Shown: positions 50,773-61,394, counted from the first letter of the stretch. The stretch is 64,000 nt of DNA from Chloroflexota bacterium (GCA_963663275.1 OY760183.1:3360001-3424000); one strand, 5' to 3'. Notes: a model not told the origin generated them from the sequence alone. Translations and numbers: made by a program.

Positions 50773-52041
50773 ATGCGTGCGCTGACGGGCAACCTTACGC
50801 TCGGCCTGTGGGCGTTGGCGGCCATGCTCCTGATCGCCGCGGGCCTGGGACGCGGCGATTCGGTCGAGCAGCTGCACCGCGCCTCCGCTCCTTACGAGCA
50901 GGACATCCTGCGCTGGGAGATAGTTCACTTCCCGGACAAGTGGTTCAACCTGGCAGTGGGCGTCTTCGGCAGGCCGGACGCGGAGGAACGGCTGGAGCGG
51001 GCGCAGGAGTTCTTCCGTGTGAGCGGGGAGCTGAACGCCAAGCGGCGGGAGATAGAGCGCGTCCTCGCAGAGGGGGCATCGGACGCCGAGGTCGCGCCGT
51101 TGGAGGCGGAGAGAGAACGGCTGGAGCGCCGCCGCGTGGAACTCTCGCCGCTGGTGGAGGAGACGCTGGAAAGCGCCATCTCACAAACCGCCGACGACCT
51201 GGGCGTCATCGCGCGGTTCGGTCCCGGTGCGCTGGCCTCCGGTGGACTTCGCGTTCCAGGAGGGCGGCCACGTGCTGGTGCGCTCGCCCCCGCGACGCCA
51301 TCGTCCGCCTGGACGACCGCCTGCTCACTTCCGACATCAGCCTGCCGGAGCAGGACGAGTTGGAACGGAAGGTGGAATCGCTCGACGACAACATCTCAGC
51401 GATCGTCGCCCGCATCGGCGGGGTGGCGACGTATCCCGCGCAGGTGACGCCGGACACGTCGCTCCGCGGCGCGCTGTTCGTCGCCAGCCACGAGTGGATG
51501 CACCACTGGCTGATCTTCCACCCGCTTGGGACGCGCCTGGTTCGCGGGCGGCGAGCTCACGAGCGTCAACGAGACCGTGGCCAACATCGCGGCGGAGGAG
51601 TTGAGCGACCGGGCGCTGGAACTGCTGACCGGCGAGATGGTAAAGCGCGACCCGTGGCAGCCGCCCAGGGCCGGAGAACCCCGCCCCACGCCCGAGCCGG
51701 GCGTGTTCGACTTCCGGTACGAGATGCGGCAGACCCGCACCCGCCTGGAAGACCTGCTGGATGCAGGGAAGTTGCCGGAGGCGGAGGCGTACCTTGAGGA
51801 ACGCCGCCTGCTCTTCGTGGAGCACGGCTACAACATCCGCAAGCTGAACACGGCGTGGTTCGCGTTCCATGGGACGTACGCGGACAGCTCGGCTGCGCCG
51901 GAAGGGAATCCCGTCGAGGTGCACTTACGCACGATACGCGCCGATTCGGCGGGCCTCGCCGAGTTCCTCGACCGCGTCGCCGTCATCGACGAGGACGGCG
52001 AGTTGGAGCGCATCGCGCGGGAGGCGGGTTGGCGTCCCTAG
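50773..52041 (+). CDS. Hypothetical membrane-anchored protein with HEXXH motif; about three apparent frameshifts
   Basis: A continuous protein can be pieced together from ORFs 50773, 51227 (WPPVDF..LVRSP), 50808 (GGVATYP..HEWMHH) and 51526 (NETVA, IRKLNTAWFAFHGTY). Confidence 0.65.
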
Positions 52042-52079
52042 TCGCTCCCCACGCTGCTAGAATCCTGCCACTCCCGCCA

Positions 52080-54709
52080 GTGAGGCTGCATTGCTCCCGA
52101 TTAAGCCTCTCGCTCTCCAACTTCCCTCTCCTACCGCGACGCCGCCCCCACGCTCCACCTGGAGGGCGTCCGCGTAGCGTGCCTCTGCGGGCCGAACGGC
52201 AACGGCAAGTCCGCGCTGCTGGACGCCGTGACGTGGGCGCTCTGGGGCAAGGCGCGCGGCCAGCGGCACGAGCAGCTCCTTCACCACGGCCAGACCGAGA
52301 TGCAGGTCGAGTTGGTGTTCGACGTCGGCAGCGAGCGTTACCGCGTGTCCCCGCCGCTACTCCCAGGCGAGGCGCACCGCCCAGAGTTCGCTGGAGCTGG
52401 CGGTCCAAACTGCCAGTGGGGAGTTCACTACTGCGGGGACCGAGGGCACCGGAGACACCATCCGGGAGACCCAGGCGAGGATCGAACGCCTCATCAACAT
52501 GGACTACGGCACGTTCGTGAACAGCGCGTTCCTCGTGCAGGGACGCGCCGACGAGTTCACGATGGCCACCCCTGGCGTGCGCAAGGACGTGCTCGCCAAG
52601 GTGCTCGGCCTTGGGCGGTACGACGAACTCGCGGAGCGCGCCCGCCTGACCGGGGACGCGACGCACGCGCGAAGCTCGAGCGCCACCGCCGTCAACATCG
52701 ACCGCCTGCGCGAACGCGCCGGGAAGGCCGCCGAGACGCGCGCGGCGCTGGCCGAAGCCGAACGTGAACTCGCCGAGGCGGTTACATACGTGAACGGCCT
52801 CGCGGAGCGGCTGCAACTCCTCCGCGGCAAGGTCGCGCACCTCGAACGGCGGCAGGCGGAGCGGGAGGAGCAGGATGCTGCAGGCGCAAGCGCGCGCGCC
52901 AGCGGCAGGCCGAGGAGGAAGCAGGAGGCGGCGAGATCTCAACCAGCGTCTCGTCGGGTGGCAGCAGCACCATCGAGCGCGCCCCGCGAGATCGAGCAGG
53001 GGGTTGCCGCGTTGCAGGGAGCACGCGAACACGAACGGTCGCTGGCTGAGGCGGCGCGGCAGGCGTACGCGCTCCAGACGCAACTCGCGCCGTTGGAGAA
53101 CGCGATAGGGCAGGCCCGCGCCCGGTTGGAGAGCGACATCCAGTCGCAGCGGCAGCACGTCGACACCCAGCTCACGCCGAGGGCGGAGTCGCTGCCCTCC
53201 ATCCAGCGGCAGCAGGACGAGTTGACGGCGCGGCGGGCGGCGATGGAGAGGCCGCCGGGGCGACGCGGAGCGGGCCGAGGAATCGCGGCGGCAACTCGCG
53301 CTGGAGGCGGAAACGCTCCGGCGGGAGAACGAGCGGTTGCAGCAGGCCGGTATGCAGACGCGCGACAAGCTCGACCCTGCTCAACCACGAGCACGAGGAC
53401 GGCGCGGGCCTGTCCCCTCTGCAACAGTACGCTGGGGCCGGACGGCGTCGTCCGCATACGCGAGTCCTACGAGCGCGAGATTGCGGAGCAGCGGCGAGCG
53501 CTACGCCGCGCAGAAGCAACGCGCGGGGCGAACTGGAGCGGCAGGCCGCCGAGGCCGCGGCGGGCGCGGAGCGCGCGCAGAGCGAACTCGCCGCCGAGCA
53601 GCAGCGCATCGCGGAGGAGCAGAGCCGCCTGACCGTGCAGCGGGAGGAGGCGGAGCGGGCCGTGGAGCAGTTGAAGCAGGCCGTACCTCTGCTCCGGCAG
53701 AATGAGGCCGCGCTTGCGAACCGCGCGTACGCGCAGGATGAGCAGGCGGCGGCGAAAGGGTTGCGGGAAACAGCTTACCGTGCTCTCGTTCGACCCCGCC
53801 GCGCTCAATGCCGCGGAGGCGCAGGTGCAGGAACCTCATCCACTGGGAAGAGGAGCGGCAGGCGCTCGTCACGGCGCGCGAACGCATGGATGACGATACC
53901 GCGGCCCTCGAGGCGTGCCCGCGCCCGTGCGTCGGAGGCGGCGAACGACGCCGTTCGCGCCGAGCAGGCGAGCGCTGCGATAGCGGAGGAGCTGGCGGAA
54001 CTGCCGTCGTGGAACGCGCAGCGTTCGGGCAGGTTGAGGAGCGAATGGCAGAGCCGCTTCCGACCGGCACGCGATCAAGTTGGAGGCGCACAAGGGCTCG
54101 ACTGAAAGAGCGAGATGCAGCAGATCGAGCAAGACTGCCGCCGACCTTGCGCAGGCCGAAGCCCGGCGGGAAACGCTCACCGGCGAAGCGGGCGCCTACG
54201 CGGAGCTTGCGCTCGCGTTCGGCAAGGGCGGCGTGCAGGCGCTTCTGATGGAGGCCGCCATCCCGCGCCTGGAAGACGAGGCCAACGACCTGCTCCGCCG
54301 CATGACGGACGGCAGGATGACGCTGAAGCTGGAGACGCAGAAGGAGCGCAGGAGCGGCGGCGACGCGGTCGAGACGCTGGAGATCGTCATCGCGGACGAA
54401 CTCGGCTCGCGCGCCTACGAGATGTTCAGCGGAGGCGAACGCTTCCGCATCGACTTCGCCGTGCGTATCGCGCTCAGCAAAGTGCTCGCGTGGCGCTCCG
54501 GGGCGCCGCTGCCCACGCTCTTCATCGACGAGGGGTTCGGTACGCAGGACGCCGAGGGGCGCGACCGCATCCTGGAGGTCATCCAGGCGATCGAGGACCG
54601 GTTCGAACGCATCCTCGTCATCACCCACATGGACGACATCAAGGACGCGTTCCCGGTGCGCATTGAGGTCACGCGCGGGCCGAACGGCTCGACGTTCTCG
54701 CTCTCCTGA
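52080..54709 (+). CDS. sbcC: SbcC/Rad50-like SMC-family ATPase, multiply frameshifted in this sequence
   Basis: Walker A GPNGNGKS..LDA.TWALWG, Q-loop F.NS.FL.QG..DEF, CPLC zinc hook, FSGGE signature, LFIDEGFG, VITH, spread over several frames. Confidence 0.85.
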
Positions 54710-54793
54710 CGCGCCGGGGGCGCGCCGTCTCGTGTAGCATCGCCTCCGCCGGCGAACGTCGGCGCACACGTTTCACTGACAGGAGGACTGCCC

Positions 54794-55204
54794 ATGACGC
54801 TGCACCAGGCGGAGGAGAGCAAGGCGCGGGGACGCACGGTACGGAAGGCCATCAGCGGGTCGGAGGGGTCGCGAAGCACCGGCAACGCCGCCGGGCTGGA
54901 CATGGTCCCGGGGTTGGAGGACTTCGTCATCGGCTTCAACTTCGGCGAGATATGGTCGCGCGAGCGCATTGACCTCAAGACACGCTGCATGATCGTGCTC
55001 GGCATGATGACGGCGCTGGGGCGCACGCCGCAGGTAGCGGCCTACACGCGCTACGCGCTGCACCTCGGCATCACGCCGGAGGAGATAGCGGAAGTGTTCA
55101 TGCAGGCGATCCCGTACGCCGGGCTGCCCGCCGCGTTCAACGCCATGCAGGCCGGCAGCGACGTCTTCAAGGAGCAGGGCGTCACCGTCAACATGGAGGC
55201 GTAG
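54794..55204 (+). CDS. Carboxymuconolactone decarboxylase (CMD) family protein
   Basis: FGEIWSR..IDLKTR, GIT.EEI.E, YAGLP; RBS AGGAGG. Confidence 0.85.
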   Translation: MTLHQAEESKARGRTVRKAISGSEGSRSTGNAAGLDMVPGLEDFVIGFNFGEIWSRERIDLKTRCMIVLGMMTALGRTPQVAAYTRYALHLGITPEEIAEVFMQAIPYAGLPAAFNAMQAGSDVFKEQGVTVNMEA

Positions 55205-55210
55205 CCGCGT

Positions 55211-55858
55211 ATGACCACCCCCGATTCCCGCTGGGACCAGAGCGCGATGGTGGAGCGGATGTCGTCCGATTTCGGACGCCGCTACCCGCTCGCGTTCTGG
55301 GAGTTCTTCGAGTCCCAGGTGCGCCCGCGCACGGGCGACGCTCCCGCCATCGCCGACCTCGGCTGCGGCGCCGGATTGCTGCTGCAGGAGCTGTCGTCGC
55401 GCCTGCCGGACGCGGCGCTGCGCGGCGTCGACGTGTCCAGGGCGATGCTTGCGAACGCCAGGGAACTCGACTACGCCGCCGGCGCGCCGTCGTTCACGCT
55501 GCACGATCTGAACCACGCGCCGTATCCGGTGGAGGACGCGTCGCTCGACCTCTGCATCAGCGCCAACGTGACCTGCTTCCTCGACAACCCGCTCTTGCTG
55601 TTCGCGGAGGTGCGCCGGATGCTCCGGCCCGGCGGGGTCTACCTGCTGTTCGACTGGAAGCGGCAGACGCTCCCGGCCTACATCGAGGACCGGGGCGGGC
55701 TCGGCAACGATCCGGCGGCGCTGATGAGCCTCCAGCCGTATCACAACCGCTTCACGCCGGACGAGTGGCGCTGGCTGCTCGCGGAGGGCGGGTTCGACCT
55801 CATCGGCGAGGCGCACCCGCGCACCAGCCACGTCGCGCTCGCGGGCGTGCCGCGATGA
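55211..55858 (+). CDS. Class I SAM-dependent methyltransferase
   Basis: ADLGCGAG, GVDVS..ML, DASLDL, RMLRPGG. Confidence 0.88.
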   Translation: MTTPDSRWDQSAMVERMSSDFGRRYPLAFWEFFESQVRPRTGDAPAIADLGCGAGLLLQELSSRLPDAALRGVDVSRAMLANARELDYAAGAPSFTLHDLNHAPYPVEDASLDLCISANVTCFLDNPLLLFAEVRRMLRPGGVYLLFDWKRQTLPAYIEDRGGLGNDPAALMSLQPYHNRFTPDEWRWLLAEGGFDLIGEAHPRTSHVALAGVPR

Positions 55859-56508
55859 CGCAGCGGGACGAGCGCGCCCTGCGGCGTCAGCTGGAGCGGT
55901 ACACGCTCCGCTTCAACGATGCGTTCTGGCGGTTCTGGGACGAACAGGTCGTCCCAACCCTGCCGCCTGCGCCGGTCATCGTGGACGTAGGGCCGGGCCC
56001 CGGCCTCTTCCTGCGCGACCTCTCCGAGCGGCTGCCGGACGCGATGCTCCACGGCATCGACGCCAACGAGGCGATGGTCGAGAACGCGCGCGCGCTCGAC
56101 TACGCCGGGCCTGTGCCGGCGCTCGTGCTGGCGAACGTCGAGTCCTCGCCGCTGCCGTACGACGACGGGTCGGTCGACCTGCTCACGATGGCGGCGGTGC
56201 TGCACGGGTTCGACGACCCGTTCTCGTTCCTGCGGGAGCAGGCTGCGCGTGTGCTGAAGCCGGACGGGCGGATGTTGCTGTTCGACTGGTTCCGCCAGCC
56301 GATGCGGGAGTACGTCGAGCGCAGGCTGATCGAGCCGGGCGAGCCGGAGGAGACGCGCTACGAACGTGCGCTGGAGCAGTTCCGCGTCCACAACAAGTAC
56401 ACGCTGGACGACTGGCGCTGGGTGCTCGCGGAGTCCGGGATGCGCGTCGAGGCGGAGACCTCCGAGCCGCATCCGTTCGCCCGCGCCTGGCTGCTGCGCC
56501 CTCAGTAG
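55855..56508 (+). CDS. Class I SAM-dependent methyltransferase, paralog of the upstream gene
   Basis: VDVGPGPG, GID...AMV, LPYDDGSVD, RVLKPDG; ATGA overlap. Confidence 0.88.
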   Translation: MTQRDERALRRQLERYTLRFNDAFWRFWDEQVVPTLPPAPVIVDVGPGPGLFLRDLSERLPDAMLHGIDANEAMVENARALDYAGPVPALVLANVESSPLPYDDGSVDLLTMAAVLHGFDDPFSFLREQAARVLKPDGRMLLFDWFRQPMREYVERRLIEPGEPEETRYERALEQFRVHNKYTLDDWRWVLAESGMRVEAETSEPHPFARAWLLRPQ

Positions 56509-56512
56509 GGCG

Positions 56513-56890
56513 CTACCCGCCCAGCCGGGCGCGGATGACGAGCAGGATGACGAACCCCTCCGCGCCGAGGGCGAGGCTGTACCAGAGCTGGTCTGCCCCC
56601 ACGGTGAGCACGAACCCGACGATGCCGGGCGCGTGGGCCAGCAGCAGGAGCGTCTGCGCCAGGCGCGCGGGAGGCCGCTGGCTCGCGAGTGCGTTCGCCG
56701 TCACGAGGAGGGTGGCGGCGGGCACGGCGATGCCGGTCGCGACAGCCACGATGGTCGCGAGCCGTGCCCCGAAGAACGGCTCGCTGTCGACGAACGCGAA
56801 GTAGATCACGGCCACCGCGACGTAGACGAACGGGGCGGGGAGCATGCCCCGCACCAGCATCTGGAACCTGCGGCGCTCGATGGGGTTCAC
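56513..56890 (-). CDS. Hypothetical membrane protein coupled to leuS
   Basis: GTG start overlaps the leuS stop (GTGA); four hydrophobic segments. Confidence 0.6.
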   Translation of the reverse strand: MNPIERRRFQMLVRGMLPAPFVYVAVAVIYFAFVDSEPFFGARLATIVAVATGIAVPAATLLVTANALASQRPPARLAQTLLLLAHAPGIVGFVLTVGADQLWYSLALGAEGFVILLVIRARLGG

Positions 56891-59361
56891 TTGACGACGA
56901 CGCTGACGAGGTAGCGGCCGGGGACGAAGACGACCTTGTCCACGCTCTTGCCGTCCGTCCAGGCGACCACTTTCTGCGAGGTGAGCGCGGCCTCTTTCGC
57001 GTCGCCCTCGGAGATCGAGGCGGGGACGGCGATGCGGTCGCGCACCTTGCCGTTCACCTGCACGACGAGCGTCGCCTCCTCGATGGCGGCGAGCGTCTCG
57101 TCCCACTCCGGCAGGGGCTGGTTGTGGACGCTGTAGTCGTGTCCCGTGCGCTCCCAGAGCTCCTCCGCGAGGTGTGGCCCCATCGGCGCGAGCAGCAGCA
57201 GCAGCGACTCGACAGCCTCGTTCCACGCGCCGCGCGAGACGGCGCCGGCGTCGTAGGCGGGCCCCATCTCGTTGGTGAGCTCCATCATCGCCGCGATCGC
57301 GGTGTTGTACTTGAAGCGCTCCAGCCCCTCGATGACCGACCGGATCGTCTGGTGCGTCTTGCGCACGATAGCGCGGTCGGAGGCGCCCTCGGATTCGGGC
57401 AGTGCGCCGGTGTCCCGCAGGCAGAGGTCCCAGAAGCGGTTCACCCAGCGGGCGACGCCGTTGATGCCGGAGTCGCTCCAGTCGCCGCCGCCCTCCCACG
57501 GGCCCATGAACATCAGGTAGAGGCGCACGACGTCCGCGCCCAGCTCCTGCACGTACTCGTCGGGCGCGACGACGTTGCCGCGGCTCTTGCTCATCTTCAT
57601 GTGGTCGGAGAGCACGACGCCCTGGTTGAAGAGGCGGAGGAACGGCTCGCCGAAGCCGATGAGGCCGAGGTCGCGTACCACCTTGGTGAAGAATCGGGCG
57701 TAGAGCAGGTGCATCACCGCGTGCTCCGCGCCGCCGGTGTACTGGTCGACCGGGTTCCACGAGCCGACGCGCGCGGGGTCGAAGGGGCCCTCGGCGAAGT
57801 CGGGGCTGACGTAGCGCAGGAAGTACCACGACGAGTCCACGAACGTGTCCATCGTGTCGGTCTCGCGGGTCGCGGGGCTGTCGCAGCAGGGGCAGGTCGT
57901 GTGCAGGAAGCCCTCGTGGTAGCGGAGCGGCGACTCGCCGGTCGGCTTGAACTGGGCGTCGTCCGGCAGCACCACCGGGAGCTGGTCGTACGGTACGGGC
58001 TGCGCGCCGCAGTCGTCGCAGTAGACGATGGGGATGGGCGTGCCCCAGTAGCGCTGGCGGCTGATGAGCCAGTCGCGCATCCGGTAGCCGACGGTGCGCC
58101 TGCCCCAGCCCTGCTGCTCGACGTGGTCGGCGATCCCCTCGTACCCGGCGGCGTTCGGCATGCCGTTGAACTGTCCGGAGTTGACCTGCGAGCCGCTCTT
58201 CTCGACCCACGCCTCCCGGAGCGGTGCGCCGTCCCATCCCGGCGGGGCGACGACGACGCGGATCTCCAGCCCGTACTTCAGCGCGAAGTCGAAGTCGCGG
58301 GAGTCGTGGGCGGGGACGCCCATCACCGCGCCGGTGCCGTAGGTGAGCAGCACGTAGTCCCCCACCCAGATGGGCACGCGGTCGCCGTTGAGCGGGTTGA
58401 CGGCGTACGAGCCGGTGAAGACGCCGGTCTTCTCGCGCTCGACCGAGAGGCGGTCTATCTCTGTGGCCTCGCGGGCGCGGGCGACGTACGCCTCAACCGC
58501 GCCGCGCTGCTCCGGCGTCGTAAGACGCTCGACGAGCGGGTGCTCCGGCGCGAGGACGACGAACGTGACGCCGAAGATGGTGTCGATGCGCGTCGTGAAG
58601 GTCGTGATGTTCTGCTCGTCCAGGCCGTACTCGGAGATGTCGAACGAAATGTCGACGCCCTCGCTGCGGCCGATCCAGTTCGTCTGCATCGTCTTGATGC
58701 GCTCGGGCCAGTCGACGACTCCGGAGAAGTCCAGCAGTTCGTCGGCGTAGTCGGTGATGCGGAAGAACCACTGGTCCATCTCGCGCCGGATGACGATGTC
58801 GCCGGTGCGCTCGCACTTGCCGTCGACCACCTGCTCGTTGGCGAGCACGGTCTGGCAGGTGGCGCACCAGTTGACGGGGGCGGATGTGCGGTAGGCGAGG
58901 TCCTGCTCGTACATCTTCAGGAAGAACCACTGGTTCCACGCGTAGTAGTCCGGCTGGCAGGTCACGATCTCCCTGTTCCAGTCGTAGACCGTGCCCATGG
59001 AGCGGAGCTGGCCGCGCATGCGGTCGATGTTCCCCATCGTCCAGATGGACGGGTGGATGCCCCGGTTGATGGCGGCGTTCTCCGCCGGAAGCCCGAACGC
59101 GTCGAACCCCATGGGGTGCAGTACGTTGTAGCCGCGCATCCGCATGAAGCGGGCGTGGGCGTCGGACGGCGCCATGGCGTACCAGTGGCCGATGTGGAGG
59201 TCGCCGGAGGGGTAGGGGTACATCGTGAGGGCGTACCACCGTGGCCGGGGGTCGTCGTCGTTCACCTGGTGGAGGTTGTCGTCGGCCCACCGCTGCTGCC
59301 ACTTGCGGTCTATCTCGCGCGGGTCGTAGCGGAGGGGGGCCATGCGCTGGCGGGTCGTCAT
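56887..59361 (-). CDS. leuS: Leucine--tRNA ligase
   Basis: PYPSGDLHIGH, GFDAFGLPAENAA, editing domain FTTRIDT and GTGAVMGVPAHD, KMSKS, VQVNGKVR. Confidence 0.98.
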   Translation of the reverse strand: MTTRQRMAPLRYDPREIDRKWQQRWADDNLHQVNDDDPRPRWYALTMYPYPSGDLHIGHWYAMAPSDAHARFMRMRGYNVLHPMGFDAFGLPAENAAINRGIHPSIWTMGNIDRMRGQLRSMGTVYDWNREIVTCQPDYYAWNQWFFLKMYEQDLAYRTSAPVNWCATCQTVLANEQVVDGKCERTGDIVIRREMDQWFFRITDYADELLDFSGVVDWPERIKTMQTNWIGRSEGVDISFDISEYGLDEQNITTFTTRIDTIFGVTFVVLAPEHPLVERLTTPEQRGAVEAYVARAREATEIDRLSVEREKTGVFTGSYAVNPLNGDRVPIWVGDYVLLTYGTGAVMGVPAHDSRDFDFALKYGLEIRVVVAPPGWDGAPLREAWVEKSGSQVNSGQFNGMPNAAGYEGIADHVEQQGWGRRTVGYRMRDWLISRQRYWGTPIPIVYCDDCGAQPVPYDQLPVVLPDDAQFKPTGESPLRYHEGFLHTTCPCCDSPATRETDTMDTFVDSSWYFLRYVSPDFAEGPFDPARVGSWNPVDQYTGGAEHAVMHLLYARFFTKVVRDLGLIGFGEPFLRLFNQGVVLSDHMKMSKSRGNVVAPDEYVQELGADVVRLYLMFMGPWEGGGDWSDSGINGVARWVNRFWDLCLRDTGALPESEGASDRAIVRKTHQTIRSVIEGLERFKYNTAIAAMMELTNEMGPAYDAGAVSRGAWNEAVESLLLLLAPMGPHLAEELWERTGHDYSVHNQPLPEWDETLAAIEEATLVVQVNGKVRDRIAVPASISEGDAKEAALTSQKVVAWTDGKSVDKVVFVPGRYLVSVVVK

Positions 59362-59430
59362 GCGTCGCTCCGAGAGTCGGCAACTCTGAGGTATCAGTTT
59401 AACCGATAGCGGTAAGGCGTGGGGCGGATT

Positions 59431-59546
59431 GTCATGTTGAGCGAAGCCGAAGGCGGAGTCGAAACATCTCTCAGGAGACTCCCTCCCCCCCCCGCTCATG
59501 GTGAGCCTGTCGAACCACGTCATTCCCGCGCAGGCGGGAATCCAGT
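59431..59546. repeat. REP cluster
   Basis: GTCATGTTGAGCGAAGC..GAAACATCT, GTGAGCCTGTCGAACC, GTCATTCCCGCGCAGGCGGGAATCCAG. Confidence 0.72.
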
Positions 59547-59585
59547 ATGGCCGACAGGCCACGGGGAGTGTGGGGCGCAGGGCTA

Positions 59586-59616
59586 TTGACAAATCACCCT
59601 CAAATTCTGATATAAT
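59586..59616 (+). promoter_or_regulatory. Near-consensus sigma70 promoter
   Basis: TTGACA at 59586-59591 and extended -10 TGA-TATAAT ending at 59616 (19-bp spacing). Confidence 0.65.
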
Positions 59617-59656
59617 ATCCCGTTCTTTTTGCGTATCTTCCACAGGAGGCCCAGCC

Positions 59657-60202
59657 ATGACAACGGTATCGACGATTGCAGAAGCAACGGAAGAGCCGCT
59701 GGTTGTTATCGGCAGCGCCACCGGTGAGGGTGGCCTCCGTGAGAGCATCGGTGAGCACATCCACAGCCCCGGACGCGCCGAGCGGGCTGTGCTTGCCTGT
59801 CATTGCGGCTGGAACGACCTCGCGGTCCAGTGGGCGGAGACGCCTGACGTGCAGAGCGCTCTGGACTATGAGGCCGCCTTGCTCCGTGCGTACTTCGAGC
59901 GGCACCTCCGTATGCCGTCCGTCGCCAGCCTTCCGGCCATGGACATGGTGGGGATGGTCCCTGCCGATGCAGGAGCGGCGTTCCTGATCTGGTCGAGCTG
60001 GCACGCGCTGGTGGAACACAACGTTGAGAACTTCCCAACGAGTTACGGCGTCTACATCATTGACGCCGGGAAGCCGGAAGACCCTGCGCACCGGAAACTG
60101 CCCAGGGGGACGATGGCTCCGGGCGCTTGCCGGTTCGCGAAGTACGAGGACCCATGCCGTCTCTCGTTAATGCACGTCGTGCCGCGGGGTTCCTGGACCT
60201 AG
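59657..60202 (+). CDS. Hypothetical protein, apparently a circularly permuted GIY-YIG-like domain
   Basis: VVIGSA.GEGGLRE.I.EH and YEAALL..Y....L.MP precede WSSW...V...P...GVYII; RBS AGGAGG. Confidence 0.6.
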   Translation: MTTVSTIAEATEEPLVVIGSATGEGGLRESIGEHIHSPGRAERAVLACHCGWNDLAVQWAETPDVQSALDYEAALLRAYFERHLRMPSVASLPAMDMVGMVPADAGAAFLIWSSWHALVEHNVENFPTSYGVYIIDAGKPEDPAHRKLPRGTMAPGACRFAKYEDPCRLSLMHVVPRGSWT

Positions 60203-60280
60203 CAGACGAACACAAGCGAAGCCGTTACCTTGTCCAAACCCTCTCCGGCGGGAGGACTACGGGGCGCAACGGAGGTTGCC

Positions 60281-61339
60281 GTGAGCGAGAGGCCCGTGAT
60301 CGACCTGACCAACGACGAGAGCCACTACTGGCTGCACCATCACCGCCCGCACAACCTTGCCGCGGGCCTGATGACCGGCATAGCGGTCGGCAACCTCCTC
60401 GGGCTGCCCTGCGAGGGGTGGCCGCGAGAGGCGATAGCCCGCGCGCACCCGGACGGCCTGAGCGACATCCTCGTCGTTGACGGCTTGCCCGACGATGACG
60501 ACGTTGCCCAGTCCATACTGATCGCCGAGGCCGCAGCGGAAGGGCCGCTCGACGTGGACGATCTCGGACGGCGTCTCGGCGAGTGGGAGGAGACGAACGG
60601 CGCGGGCATCGGGATACTGACTGCCGACGTGCTGCGCCTCTACCGGAGCGGCATGTCCATCACGGAGGCATCCCGCACCGCATGGCAGGGAGAGCGGGCC
60701 GGCAACGGGGCGGTCATGCGGTGCGCTCCGCTGGCCATCCGGTGGCGCGACGATGCCGACGCCCTCGTGCGGAACAGCATCGTCAGCGCCGTGCCGACGC
60801 ACTGGGACCCCCGCTGCGGCTGGTCGTGCGCCATCCTGAACCTCGCCATCGCGTCCACGCTGCGGCAGGACGGGATGCAGCGGGAAAGGATCACGGCGGA
60901 CGGCTTGCTCGACACCGCGCTCGACGGCGTGCGCGCCTCACTGCCGGAACTACAGCGGTACGGCTACGACGCCCGCGTGCCGGACGAAGTGCGCGAAGCC
61001 GTCGAGGACTCGTTCCGCATGGAGCTGAGCGACCTGCGCCTGGACGGCAGTAACATGGGCTACACGCTGCTTGCCCTCCAGGTGGGGCTGGTCTCGCTCC
61101 GGCGCGCGGGCAGTTTCGAGCGGGGCTTGCAGGCGGTCGTAGAGGCCGGTGGCGACACCGACACGAACGGCGCCGTCGCGGGCGCGGCGCTCGGCGCACG
61201 GTTCTCCTACTACCGCATCCCCGAGTGGTGGCGGACGAAGGTCCAGCAGGTCCGGCGGCCCAGCACGCCCACAGAGTCGTACGCGGGCCGCTTGGTGGAC
61301 CTGAGGCTGGGCAGGCGTTTGGAGGACTTCATCGAGTAG
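60281..61339 (+). CDS. ADP-ribosylglycohydrolase (DraG/ARH family)
   Basis: G.AVGN.LG.P.EG, DDDD, AGNGAVMR..P, TH.DP, GGDTDTNGAVAGA..GA, IP..W; GTG start after GGAGG. Confidence 0.92.
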   Translation: MSERPVIDLTNDESHYWLHHHRPHNLAAGLMTGIAVGNLLGLPCEGWPREAIARAHPDGLSDILVVDGLPDDDDVAQSILIAEAAAEGPLDVDDLGRRLGEWEETNGAGIGILTADVLRLYRSGMSITEASRTAWQGERAGNGAVMRCAPLAIRWRDDADALVRNSIVSAVPTHWDPRCGWSCAILNLAIASTLRQDGMQRERITADGLLDTALDGVRASLPELQRYGYDARVPDEVREAVEDSFRMELSDLRLDGSNMGYTLLALQVGLVSLRRAGSFERGLQAVVEAGGDTDTNGAVAGAALGARFSYYRIPEWWRTKVQQVRRPSTPTESYAGRLVDLRLGRRLEDFIE

Positions 61340-61394
61340 CCATCGGCGGCTGCGTAGGTCCAAACGGGAGAGAACATCATCTGGAGGGGCAACG

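Noticed and set aside
52080-54709. Programmed frameshifting or a natural split of sbcC
   Set aside because: The frame switches are too many and irregular; sequence error is the simpler explanation.
56689-59409. Long antisense ORFs (also 42061..44553, 19944..21518, 48664..50193 and others)
   Set aside because: They shadow real genes in high-GC DNA and carry no recognisable motifs.
59362-59585. T-box riboswitch upstream of leuS
   Set aside because: No AAGGTGGTACC-like T-box motif on the minus strand; the region is filled by REPs.
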